Origin: Paragordius varius
Lineage: Eukaryota; Animalia; Nematomorpha
Assembly: GCA_964247055.1 (NCBI GenBank)
Contig: OZ176051.1
Span: 930,001 to 994,000, forward strand
Direction of reading: 5' to 3'
DNA: 64,000 bases
Positions 41,681 to 55,315 of the stretch are shown one piece after another. Position 1 is the stretch's first letter, and the number at the start of each line of letters is the position of its first letter. The notes under the pieces were generated by a model. The model did no database searches. It was not told the origin of the DNA and was given only the letters and a program-made list of their open reading frames with translations. The position numbers and the translations under genes were made by a program.

Positions 41681-44600
41681 AATCGCATCAATACTCAAGT
41701 TAAACTTTCTCCTTAAAAATCGGATATTGGTCACCGGTGAACAAAACTATTTTTTATACATTCTCTTAGTAAGACTACATCAAAATATAGAGATAGTTTG
41801 ACAAACTCTTTCATATCCGATTTTTACAACGATATTTAAAAATTAATATATAAAACTAGTCGTATCAATAAATCGCATACACACTCAAGTTAAACTTTGT
41901 CCTTAAAAATCGGATATTGGTCAACCGGTGAACAAAATTATTTTTTATACATTCTCTTAGTAGGACTACATCAAAATATAGAGATAGTTTGGCAAACTCT
42001 TTCATATCCGATTTTTTACAACGATACTTTAAAAATTAATGTATAAAACTAGTCGCATCAATACTCAAGTTAAACTTTGTCCTTAAAAATCGGATATTGG
42101 TCACCGGTGAACAAAATTATTTTTTATACATTCTCTTAGTAAGACTACATCAAAATATAGAAATAGTTTGACAAATTCTTTCATATCCGATTTTTACAAC
42201 GATACTTTAAAAATTAATGTATTAAACTAGTCGCATCAATACTCAAGCTAAACATTGTCCTTAAAAATCGGATATTGGTCACCGCTGAACAAAACTATTT
42301 TTTATACATTCTCTTAGTAAGACTACATCAAAATATAGAGATAGTTTGAGAAACTCTTTCATATCCGATTTTTACAACGATACTTTAAAAATTAATGTAT
42401 AAAACTAGTCGTATCAATAAATCGCATCAATACTCAAGTTAAACTTTGTCCTTAAAAATCGGATATTGGTCAACCGGTGAACAAAATTATTTTTTATACA
42501 TTCTCTTAGTAGGACTACATCAAAATATAGAGATAGTTTGGCAAACTCTTTCATATCCGATTTTTACAACGATACTTTAAAAATTAATGTATAAAACTAG
42601 TCGCATCAATACTCAAGTTAAACTTTGTCCTTAAAAATCGGATATTGGTCACCGGTGAACAAAATTATTTTTTATACATTCTCTTAGTAAGACTACATCA
42701 AAATATAGAAATAGTTTGACAAATTCTTTCATATCCGATTTTTACAACGATACTTTAAAAATTATGGTATTAAACCAGTCGCATCAATACTCAAGTTAAA
42801 CTTTGTCCTTAAAAATCGGATATTGGTCACCGGTGAACAAAACTATTTTTTATACATTCTCTTAGTAAGACTACATCAAAATATAGAGATAGTTTGACAA
42901 ACTCTTTCATATCCGATTTTTACAACGATATTTAAAAATTAATATATAAAACTAGTCGTATCAATAAATCGCATACACACTCAAGTTAAACTTTGTCCTT
43001 AAAAATCGGATATTGGTCAACCGGTGAACAAAATTATTTTTTATACATTCTCTTAGTAAGACTACATCAAAATATAGAAATAGTTTGACAAATTCTTTCA
43101 TATCCGATTTTTACAACGATACTTTAAAAATTAATGTATTAAACTAGTCGCATCAATACTCAAGCTAAACATTGTCCTTAAAAATCGGATATTGGTCACC
43201 GCTGAACAAAACTATTTTTTATACATTCTCTTAGTAAGACTACATCAAAATATAGAGATAGTTTGAGAAACTCTTTCATATCCGATTTTTACAACGATAC
43301 TTTAAAAATTAATGTATAAAACTAGTCGTATCAATAAATCGTATCAATACTCAAGTTAAACTTTGTCCTTAAAAATCGGATATTGGTCAACCGGTGAACA
43401 AAATTATTTTTTATACATTCTCTTAGTAGGACTACATCAAAATATAGAGATAGTTTGGCAAACTCTTTCATATCCGATTTTTTACAACGATACTTTAAAA
43501 ATTAATGTATAAAACTAGTCGCATCAATACTCAAGTTAAACTTTGTCCTTAAAAATCGGATATTGGTCACCGGTGAACAAAATTATTTTTTATACATTCT
43601 CTTAGTAAGACTACATCAAAATATAGAAATAGTTTGACAAATTCTTTCATATCCGATTTTTACAACGATACTTTAAAAATTAATGTATTAAACTAGTCGT
43701 ATCAATAAATCGCATCAATACTCAAGTTAAACTTTCTCCTTAAAAATCGGATATTGGTCACCGGTGAACAAAACTATTTTTTATACATTCTCTTAGTAAG
43801 ACTACATCAAAATATAGAGATAGTTTGACAAACTCTTTCATATCCGATTTTTACAACGATATTTAAAAATTAATATATAAAACTAGTCGTATCAATAAAT
43901 CGCATACACACTCAAGTTAAACTTTGTCCTTAAAAATCGGATATTGGTCAACCGGTGAACAAAATTATTTTTTATACATTCTCTTAGTAGGACTACATCA
44001 AAATATAGAGATAGTTTGGCAAACTCTTTCATATCCGATTTTTTACAACGATACTTTAAAAATTAATGTATAAAACTAGTCGCATCAATACTCAAGTTAA
44101 ACTTTGTCCTTAAAAATCGGATATTGGTCACCGGTGAACAAAATTATTTTTTATACATTCTCTTAGTAAGACTACATCAAAATATAGAAATAGTTTGACA
44201 AATTCTTTCATATCCGATTTTTACAACGATACTTTAAAAATTAATGTATTAAACTAGTCGCATCAATACTCAAGCTAAACATTGTCCTTAAAAATCGGAT
44301 ATTGGTCACCGCTGAACAAAACTATTTTTTATACATTCTCTTAGTAAGACTACATCAAAATATAGAGATAGTTTGAGAAACTCTTTCATATCCGATTTTT
44401 ACAACGATACTTTAAAAATTAATGTATAAAACTAGTCGTATCAATAAATCGCATCAATACTCAAGTTAAACTTTGTCCTTAAAAATCGGATATTGGTCAA
44501 CCGGTGAACAAAATTATTTTTTATACATTCTCTTAGTAGGACTACATCAAAATATAGAGATAGTTTGGCAAACTCTTTCATATCCGATTTTTACAACGAT

Positions 44601-45115
44601 ACTTTAAAAATTAATGTATAAAACTAGTCGCATCAATACTCAAGTTAAACTTTGTCCTTAAAAATCGGATATTGGTCACCGGTGAACAAAATTATTTTTT
44701 ATACATTCTCTTAGTAAGACTACATCAAAATATAGAAATAGTTTGACAAATTCTTTCATATCCGATTTTTACAACGATACTTTAAAAATTATGGTATTAA
44801 ACCAGTCGCATCAATACTCAAGTTAAACTTTGTCCTTAAAAATCGGATATTGGTCACCGGTGAACAAAACTATTTTTTATACATTCTCTTAGTAAGACTA
44901 CATCAAAATATAGAGATAGTTTGACAAACTCTTTCATATCCGATTTTTACAACGATATTTAAAAATTAATATATAAAACTAGTCGTATCAATAAATCGCA
45001 TACACACTCAAGTTAAACTTTGTCCTTAAAAATCGGATATTGGTCAACCGGTGAACAAAATTATTTTTTATACATTCTCTTAGTAAGACTACATCAAAAT
45101 ATAGAAATAGTTTGA
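41010..45115. repeat. 11-monomer higher-order repeat, period 2026-2027 bp, 2 copies
   Basis: ccgctg 41173/43199 and 42282/44309; aatcgtatca 41311/43337; ctttct 41705/43732. Confidence 0.88.
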
Positions 45116-45377
45116 CAAACTCTTTCATATCCGATTTTTACAACGATACTTTAAAAATAAATGTATAAAACTAGTCGCATCAATACTCAAGCTAAACATT
45201 GTCCTTAAAAATCGGATATTGGTAACCGGTGAACAAAATTATTTTTTATACATTCTCTTAGTAGGACTACATCAAAATATAGAGATAGTTTGGCAAACTG
45301 TTTCATATCCGATTTTTACAACGATACTTTAAAAATTAATGTATTAAACTAGTCGTATCAATAAATCGCATCAATAC

Positions 45378-48300
45378 TCAAGTTAAACTTTCTCCTTAAA
45401 AATCGGATATTGGTCACCGGTGAACAAAACTATTTTTTATACATTCTCTTAGTAAGACTACATCAAAATATAGAGATAGTTTGACAAACTCTTTCATATC
45501 CGATTTTTACAACGATATTTAAAAATTAATATATAAAACTAGTCGTATCAATAAATCGCATACACACTCAAGTTAAACTTTGTCCTTAAAAATCGGATAT
45601 TGGTCAACCGGTGAACAAAATTATTTTTTATACATTCTCTTAGTAGGACTACATCAAAATATAGAGATAGTTTGGCAAACTCTTTCATATCCGATTTTTA
45701 CAACGATACTTTAAAAATTAATGTATAAAACTAGTCGCATCAATACTCAAGTTAAACTTTGTCCTTAAAAATCGGATATTGGTCACCGGTGAACAAAATA
45801 ATTTTTTTTATACATTCTCTTAGTAAGACTACATATAAAAATATAGAGATAGTTTGATAAACTCTTTCATATCCGCTTTTTACAACGAGACTTTAAAAAT
45901 TATGGTATTAAACCAGTCGCATCAATACTCAAGTTAAACTTTGTCCTTAAAAATCGGATATTGGTCACCGGTGTACAAAATTATTTTTTATACATTCTCT
46001 TAGTAGGACTACATCAAAATATAGAGATAGTTTGGCAAACTCTTTCATATCCGATTTTTACAACGATACTTTAAAAATTAATGTATAAAACTAGTCGCAT
46101 CAATACTCAAGTTAAACTTTGTCCTTAAAAATCGGATATTGGTCACCGGTGAACAAAATTATTTTATTTACATTTTCTTAGTAAGACTACATCAAAATAT
46201 AGAAATAGTTTGACAAACTCTTTCATATCCGATTTTTACAACGATACTTTAAAAATTAATGTATTAAACTAGTCGCATCAATACTCAAGTTAAACTTTGT
46301 CCTTAAAAATCGGATATTGTTCACCGGTGAACAAAATTATTTTTTATACATTTTCTTAGTAAGACTACATCAAAATATAGAAATAGTTTGACAAACTCTT
46401 TCATATCCGATTTTTACAACGATACTTTAAAAATTAATGTATAAAACTAGTCGCAACAATACTCAAGTTAAACTTTGTCCTTAAAAATCGGATATTGTAT
46501 TGGTCACCGGTGAACAAAATTATTTTATTTACATTTTCTTAGTAAGACTACATCAAAATATAGAAATAGTTTGACAAACTCTTTCATATCCGATTTTTAC
46601 AACGATACTTTAAAAATTAATGTATTAAACTAGTCGCATCAATACTCAAGTTAAACTTTGTCCTTAAAAATCGGATATTGTTCACCGGTGAACAAAATTA
46701 TTTTTTATACATTCTCTTAGTAAGACTACATCAAAATATAGAGATAGTTTGGCAAACTCTTTCATATCCGATTTTTACAACGATACTTTAAAAAATAATG
46801 TATAAAACTAGTCGATTCAATACTCAAGTTAAACTTTATCCTTAAAAATCAGATATTGGTCACCGGTGAACAAAATAATTTTTTATACATTCTCTTAGTA
46901 AGACTACATATAAAAATATAGAGATAGTTTGACAAACTCTTTCATATCCGATTTTTACAACGATACTTTAAAAATTATGGTATTAAACCAGTCGCATCAA
47001 TACTCAAGTTAAACTTTGTCCTTAAAAATCGGATATTGGTCATTGGTGAACAAAATTATTTTTTATACATTCTCTTAGTAAGACTACATCAAAATATAGA
47101 GATAGTTTGGCCAACTCTTTCATATCCGATTTTTACAACGATACTATAGAAATTAATGTATAAAACTAGTCGCATTAATACTCAAGTTAAACTTTCTCCT
47201 TAAAAATCGGATATTGGTCACCGGTGTACAAAATTATTTTTTATACATTCTCTTAGTAAGACTACATCAAAATATAAAGATAGTTTGGCAAACTCTTTCA
47301 TATCCGATTTTTACAACGATACTTTAAAAATTAATGTATAAAACTAGTCGCATTAATACTCAAGTTAAACTTTCTCCTTAAAAATCGGATATTGGTACCG
47401 GTGAACAAAACTATTTTTTATACATTCTCTTAGTAAGACTACATCAAAATATAGAGATAGTTTGACAAACTCTTTCATATCCGATTTTTACAACGATATT
47501 TAAAAATTAATATATAAAACTAGTCGTATCAATAAATCGCATACACACTCAAGTTAAACTTTGTCCTTAAAAATCGGATATTGGTCAACCGGTGAACAAA
47601 ATTATTTTTTATACATTCTCTTAGTAGGACTACATCAAAATATAGAGATAGTTTGGCAAACTCTTTCATATCCGATTTTTACAACGATACTTTAAAAATT
47701 AATGTATAAAACTAGTCGCATCAATACTCAAGTTAAACTTTGTCCTTAAAAATCGGATATTGGTCACCGGTGAACAAAATAATTTTTTTTATACATTCTC
47801 TTAGTAAGACTACATATAAAAATATAGAGATAGTTTGATAAACTCTTTCATATCCGCTTTTTACAACGAGACTTTAAAAATTATGGTATTAAACCAGTCG
47901 CATCAATACTCAAGTTAAACTTTGTCCTTAAAAATCGGATATTGGTCACCGGTGAACAAAATTATTTTTTATACATTCTCTTAGTAGGACTACATCAAAA
48001 TATAGAGATAATTTGGCAAACTCTTTCATATCCGATTTTTAGAACGATACTTTAAAAATTAATGTATAAAACTAGTCGCATCAATACTGAAGTTAAACTT
48101 TGTCCTTAAAAATCGGATATTGGTCACCGGTGTACAAAATTATTTTTTATACATTCTCTTAGTAGGACTACATCAAAATATAGAGATAGTTTGGCAAACT
48201 CTTTCATATCCGATTTTTACAACGATACTTTAAAAATTAATGTATAAAACTAGTCGCATCAATACTCAAGTTAAACTTTGTCCTTAAAAATCGGATATTG

Positions 48301-50060
48301 GTCACCGGTGAACAAAATTATTTTATTTACATTTTCTTAGTAAGACTACATCAAAATATAGAAATAGTTTGACAAACTCTTTCATATCCGATTTTTACAA
48401 CGATACTTTAAAAATTAATGTATTAAACTAGTCGCATCAATACTCAAGTTAAACTTTGTCCTTAAAAATCGGATATTGGTCAGCGGTGAACAAAATTATT
48501 TTATTTACATTTTCTTAGTAAGACTACATCAAAATATAGAAATAGTTTGACAAACTCTTTCATATCCGATTTTTACAACGATACTTTAAAAATTAATGTA
48601 TAAAACTAGTCGCAACAATACTCAAGTTAAACTTTGTCCTTAAAAATCGGATATTGGTCACCGGTGAACAAAATTATTTTATTTACATTTTCTTAGTAAG
48701 ACTACAGCAAAATATAGAAATAGTTTGACAAACTCTTTCATATCCGATTTTTACAACGATACTTTAAAAATTAATGTATTAAACTAGTCGCATCAATACT
48801 CAAGTTAAACTTTGTCCTTAAAAATCGGATATTGTTCACCGGTGAACAAAATTATTTTTTATACATTTTCTTAGTAAGACTACATCAAAATATAGAAATA
48901 GTTTGACAAACTCTTTCATATCCGATTTTTACAACGATACTTTAAAAATTAATGTATAAAACTAGTCGCAACAATACTCAAGTTAAACTTTGTCCTTAAA
49001 AATCGGATATTGGTCACCGGTGAACAAAATTATTTTATTTACATTTTCTTAGTAAGACTACAGCAAAATATAGAAATAGTTTGACAAACTCTTTCATATC
49101 CGATTTTTACAAGGATACTTTAAAAATTAATGTATTAAACTAGTCGCATCAATACTCAAGTTAAACTTTGTCCTTAAAAATCGGATATTGTTCACCGGTG
49201 AACAAAATTATTTTTTATACATTTTCTTAGTAAGACTACATCAAAATATAGAAATAGTTTGACAAACTCTTTCATATCCGATTTTTACAACGATACTTAA
49301 AAAATTAATGTATAAAACTAGTCGCAACAATACTCAAGTTAAACTTTGTCCTTAAAAATCGGATATTGTATTGGTCACCGGCGAACAAAATTATTTTATT
49401 TACATTTTCTTAGTAAGACTACATCAAAATATAGAAATAGTTTGACAAACTCTTTCATATCCGATTTTTACAACGATACTTTAAAAATTAATGTATTAAA
49501 CTAGTCGCATCAATACCCAAGTTAAACTTTGTCCTTAAAAATCGGATATTGTTCACCGGTGAACAAAATTATTTTTTATACATTCTCTTAGTAAGACTAC
49601 ATCAAAATATAGAGATAGTTTGGCAAACTCTTTCATATCCGATTTTTACAACGATACTTTAAAAAATAATGTATAAAACTAGTCGCATCAATACTCAAGT
49701 TAAACTTTATCCTTAAAAATCAGATATTGGTCACCGGTGAACAAAATAATTTTTTATACATTCTCTTAGTAAGACTACATATAAAAATATAGAGATAGTT
49801 TGACAAACTCTTTCATATCCGATTTTTACAACGATACTTTAATTATGGTATTAAACCAGTCGCATCAATACTCAAGTTAAACTTTGTCCTTAAAAATCGG
49901 ATATTGGTCATTGGTGAACAAAATTATTTTTTATACATTCTCTTAGTAAGACTACATCAAAATATAGAGATAGTTTGGCCAACTCTTTCATATCCGATTT
50001 TTACAACGATACTATAGAAATTAATGTATAAAACTAGTCGCATCAATACTCAAGTTAAAC
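45378..50060. repeat. 11-monomer (1981-bp) duplication; second copy expanded by 5 monomers (890 bp)
   Basis: atccgctttt 45871/47852; gatattgtattgg 46491/49362 (2871=1981+890); cattggtgaa 47041/49909. Confidence 0.85.
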
Positions 50061-52172
50061 TTTGTCCTTAAAAATCGGAATTGTTCACCGGTGAACAAAA
50101 TTATTTTTTATACATTCTCTTAGCAAGACTACATCAAAATATAGAGATAGTTTGGCAAACTCTTTCATATCCGATTTTTACAACGATACTTTAAAAATTA
50201 ATGTATAAAACTAGTCGCATCAATACTCAAGTTAAACTTTGTCCTTAAAAATCGGATATTGTTCACCGGTGAACAAAATTATTTTTTATACATTCTCTTA
50301 GCAAGACTACATCAAAATATAGAGATAGTTTGGCAAACTCTTTCATATCCGATTTTTACAACGATACTTTAAAAATTAATGTATAAAACTAGTCGCATCA
50401 ATACTCAAGTTAAACTTTGTCCTTAAAAATCGGATATTTGTCACCGGTGAACAAAATTATTTTATTTACATTTTCTTAGTAAGACTACATCAAAATATAG
50501 AAATAGTTTGACAAACTCTTTCATATCCGATTTTTACAACGATACTTTAAAAATTAATGTATTAAACTAGTCGCATCAATACTCAAGTTAAACTTTGTTC
50601 TTAAAAATCGGATATTGTTTCACCGGTGAACAAAATTATTTTTTATACATTCTCTTAGTAAGACTACATCAAAATATAGAGATAGTTTGGCAAACTCTTT
50701 CATATCCGATTTTTACAACGATACTTTAAAAATTATGGTATTAAACCAGTCGCATCAATACTTAAGTTAAAATTTGTCCTTAAAAATCGGATATTGGTCA
50801 CCGGTGAACAAAATTATTTTTTATACATTCTCTTGGTAAGACAACATCAAAATATAGAGATAGTTTGACAAACTCTTTCATATCCGATTATTACAACGAT
50901 ACTTTAAAAATTATGGTATTAAACCAGTCGCATCAATACTCAAGTTAAACTTTGTCCTTAAAAATCGGATATTGGTCACCGGTGAACAAAATTGTTTTTT
51001 ATACATTCTCTTAGTAGGACTACATCAAAATATAGAGATAGTTTGGCAAACTGTTTCATATCCGATTTTTACAACGATACTTTAAAAATTAATGTATAAA
51101 ACTAGTCGCATCAATACTCAAGTTAAACTTTGTCCTTAAAAATCGAATATTGGTCACCGGTGAACAAAATTATTTTATTTACATTCTCTTAGTAAGACTA
51201 CATCAAAATATAGAAATAGTTTGACAAACTCTTTCATATCCGATTTTTACAACGATACTTTAAAAATTAATGTATTAAACTAGTCGCATCAATACTCAAG
51301 CTAAACATTGTCCTTAAAAATCGGATATTGGTCAGCGGTGAATAAAACTATTTTTTATACATTCTCTTAGTAAGACTACATCAAAATATAGAGATAATTT
51401 GACAAACTCTTTCATATCCGATTTTTACAACGATACTTTAAAAATAAATGTATAAAACTAGTCGTATCAATAAATCGCATCAATACTCAAGTTAAACTTT
51501 CTCCTTAAAAATCGGATATTGGTCACCGATGAACAAAATTATTTTTTATACATTCTCTTAGTAGGACTACATCAAAATATAGAGATAGTTTGGCAAACTC
51601 TTTCATATCCGATTTTTACAACGATACTTTAAAAATTAATGTATAAAACTAGTCGCATCAATACTCAAGTTAAACTTTGTCCTAAAAAATCGGATATTGT
51701 TCACCGGTGAACAAAATTATTTTTTATACATTCTCTTAGTAAGACTACATCAAAATATAGAAATAGTTTGACAAACTCTTTCATATCCGATTTTTACAAC
51801 GATACTTTAAAAAATAATGTATTAAACTAGTTGCATCAATACTCAAGTTAAACTTTGTCCTTAAAAATCGGATATTGGTCACCGGTGAACAAAATTATTT
51901 TATTTAAATTCTCTTAGTAAGACTACATCAAAATATAGAAATAGTTTGACAAACTCTTTCATATCCGATTTTTACAACGATACTTTAAAAATTAATGTAT
52001 TAAACTAGTCGCATCAATACTCAAGCTAAACATTGTCCTTAAAAATCGGATATTGGTCACCGGTGAACAAAATTATTTTATTTAAATTCTCTTAGTAAGA
52101 CTACATCAAAATATAGAGATAATTTGACAAACTCTTTCATATCCGATTTTTACAACGATACTTTAAAAATAA

Positions 52173-55100
52173 ATGTATAAAACTAGTCGTATCAATAAAT
52201 CGCATCAATACTCAAGTTAAACTTTCTCCTTAAAAATCGGATATTGGTCACCGGTGAACAAAATTATTTTTTATACATTCTCTTAGTAGTACATCAAAAT
52301 ATAGAGATAGTTTGGCAAACTCTTTCATATCCGATTTTTACAACGATACTTTAAAAATTAATGTATAAAACTAGTCGCATCAATACTCAGGTTAAACTTT
52401 GTCCTTAAAAATCGGATATTGGTCAACGGTGAACGAAACTATTTTTTATTTATTCTCTTGAGATAGTTTGACAAACTCTTTCATATCCGATTTTTACAAC
52501 GATATTTTAAAAATTAATGTATAAAACTAGTCGCATCAATACTCAAGTTAAACTTTGTCCTTAAAAATCGGATATTGGTCACCGGTGAACGAAATTATTT
52601 TTTATACATTCTCTTAGTAGGACTACATCAAAATATAGAGATAGTTTGACAAACTCTTTCATATCCGATTTTTACAACGATACTTTAAAAATTAATGTAT
52701 AAAATTAGTCGCATCAATACTCAGGTTAAACTTTGTCCTTAAAAATCGGATATTGGTCAACGGTGAACGAAACTATTTTTTATTTATTCTCTTGAGATAG
52801 TTTGACAAACTCTTTCATATCCGATTTTTACAACGATATTTTAAAAATTAATGTATAAAACTAGTCGCATCAAAACTCAAGTTAAACTTTGTCCTTAAAA
52901 ATCGGATATTGGTCAGCGGTGAACGAAACTATTTTTTATAAATTATCTTAGTAGGACTACATCAAAATATAGAGATAGTTTGACAAACTCTTTAATATCT
53001 GATTTTTACAGCGATACTCTTAAAATTAATGTATAAAACTAGTCGCATCAATACTCAAGTTAAACTTTATCCTTAAAAATCAGATATTGGTCACCGGTGA
53101 ACAAAATTATTTTTTATACATTCTCTTAGTAAGACTACATATAAAAATATAGAGATAGTTTGACAAACTCTTTCATATCCGATTTTTACAACGATACTTT
53201 AAAAATTATGGTATTAAACCAGTCGCATCAATACTCAAGTTAAACTTTGTCCTTAAAAATCGGATATTGGTCATTGGTAAACAAAATTATTTTTTATACA
53301 TTCTCTTAGTAAGACTACATCAAAATATAGAGATAGTTTGGCCAACTCTTTCATATCCGATTTTTACAACGATACTATAGAAATTAATGTATAAAACTAG
53401 TCGCATCAATACTCAAGTTAAACTTTGTCCTTAAAAATCGGAATTGTTCACCGGTGAACAAAATTATTTTTTATACATTCTCTTAGCAAGACTACATCAA
53501 AATATAGAGATAGTTTGGCAAACTCTTTCATATCCGATTTTTACAACGATACTTTAAAAATTAATGTATAAAACTAGTCGCATCAATACTCAAGTTAAAC
53601 TTTCTCCTTAAAAATCGGATATTGTTCACCGGTGAACAAAATTATTTTTTATACATTCTCTTAGCAAGACTACATCAAAATATAGAGATAGTTTGGCAAA
53701 CTCTTTCATATCCGATTTTTACAACGATACTTTAAAAATTAATGTATAAAACTAGTCGTATCAATAAATCGCATCAATACTCAAGTTAAACTTTCTCCTT
53801 AAAAATCGGATATTGGTCACCGGTGAACAAAATTATTTTTTATACATTCTCTTAGTAGTACATCAAAATATAGAGATAGTTTGGCAAACTCTTTCATATC
53901 CGATTTTTACAACGATACTTTAAAAATTAATGTATAAAACTAGTCGCATCAATACTCAGGTTAAACTTTGTCCTTAAAAATCGGATATTGGTCAACGGTG
54001 AACGAAACTATTTTTTATTTATTCTCTTGAGATAGTTTGACAAACTCTTTCATATCCGATTTTTACAACGATATTTTAAAAATTAATGTATAAAACTAGT
54101 CGCATCAATACTCAAGTTAAACTTTGTCCTTAAAAATCGGATATTGGTCACCGGTGAACGAAATTATTTTTTATACATTCTCTTAGTAGGACTACATCAA
54201 AATATAGAGATAGTTTGACAAACTCTTTCATATCCGATTTTTACAACGATACTTTAAAAATTAATGTATAAAATTAGTCGCATCAATACTCAGGTTAAAC
54301 TTTGTCCTTAAAAATCGGATATTGGTCAACGGTGAACGAAACTATTTTTTATTTATTCTCTTGAGATAGTTTGACAAACTCTTTCATATCCGATTTTTAC
54401 AACGATATTTTAAAAATTAATGTATAAAACTAGTCGCATCAAAACTCAAGTTAAACTTTGTCCTTAAAAATCGGATATTGGTCAGCGGTGAACGAGACTA
54501 TTTTTTATAAATTATCTTAGTAGGACTACATCAAAATATAGAGATAGTTTGACAAACTCTTTAATATCTGATTTTTACAGCGATACTCTTAAAATTAATG
54601 TATAAAACTAGTCGCATCAATACTCAAGTTAAACTTTATCCTTAAAAATCAGATATTGGTCACCGGTGAACAAAATTATTTTTTATACATTCTCTTAGTA
54701 AGACTACATATAAAAATATAGAGATAGTTTGACAAACTCTTTCATATCCGATTTTTACAACGATACTTTAAAAATTATGGTATTAAACCAGTCGCATCAA
54801 TACTCAAGTTAAACTTTGTCCTTAAAAATCGGATATTGGTCATTGGTGAACAAAATTATTTTTTATACATTCTCTTAGTAAGACTACATCAAAATATAGA
54901 GATAGTTTGGCCAACTCTTTCATATCCGATTTTTACAACGATACTATAGAAATTAATGTATAAAACTAGTCGCATCAATACTCAAGTTAAACTTTGTCCT
55001 TAAAAATCGGAATTGTTCACCGGTGAACAAAATTATTTTTTATACATTCTCTTAGCAAGACTACATCAAAATATAGAGATAGTTTGGCAAACTCTTTCAT

Positions 55101-55315
55101 ATCCGATTTTGACAACGATACTTTAAAAATTAATGTATAAAACTAGTCGCATCAATACTCAAGTTAAACTTTGTCCTTAAAAATCGGATATTGTTCACCG
55201 GTGAACAAAATTATTTTTTATACATTCTCTTAGCAAGACTACATCAAAATATAGAGATAGTTTGGCAAACTCTTTCATATCCGATTTTTACAACGATACT
55301 TTAAAAATTAATGTA
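52173..55315. repeat. 9-monomer (1569-bp) tandem duplication containing two 156-bp monomers per unit
   Basis: tcttagtagt 52281/53850; tcagg 52387/53956 and 52721/54290. Unit lengths 175+156+178+156+178+180+178+177+191=1569. Confidence 0.9.
52387..52542 (+). repeat. 156-bp deletion monomer (22-bp loss of agtaagactacatcaaaatata); 7 copies starting at 52387, 52721, 53956, 54290, 59958, 60825, 63459
   Basis: tttattctctt|gagatag junction together with the tcagg and gtcaacggtgaacg alleles. Confidence 0.92.

Larger units (their letters stand above)
1..45340. repeat. Proximal homogeneous domain: frequent 190/191-bp monomers (13-bp internal duplication) and 179-bp gtcaaccgg monomers arranged in higher-order repeats
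   Basis: gtcg-tatcaataaatcg-cat recurs roughly every 3-5 monomers. Diagnostic alleles (tctatt, cggatc, ccgctg, ggagtac, gtctac, aaattctttc) recur in ordered blocks. Confidence 0.85.
31350..45340. repeat. Long-range copy of window positions 1 to about 12.7 kb, with internal expansions
   Basis: Collinear rare alleles: cgaaa 991/32162, taaaaatggg 1661/32832 and 2554/35521, ttgtccttga 5261/36769, cggatc 5781/37289, tagagatagc 6241/37749, cgcaaacaca 6681/38569, ccgctg HOR family, tggtaaccgg 12571/45220. Confidence 0.85.
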
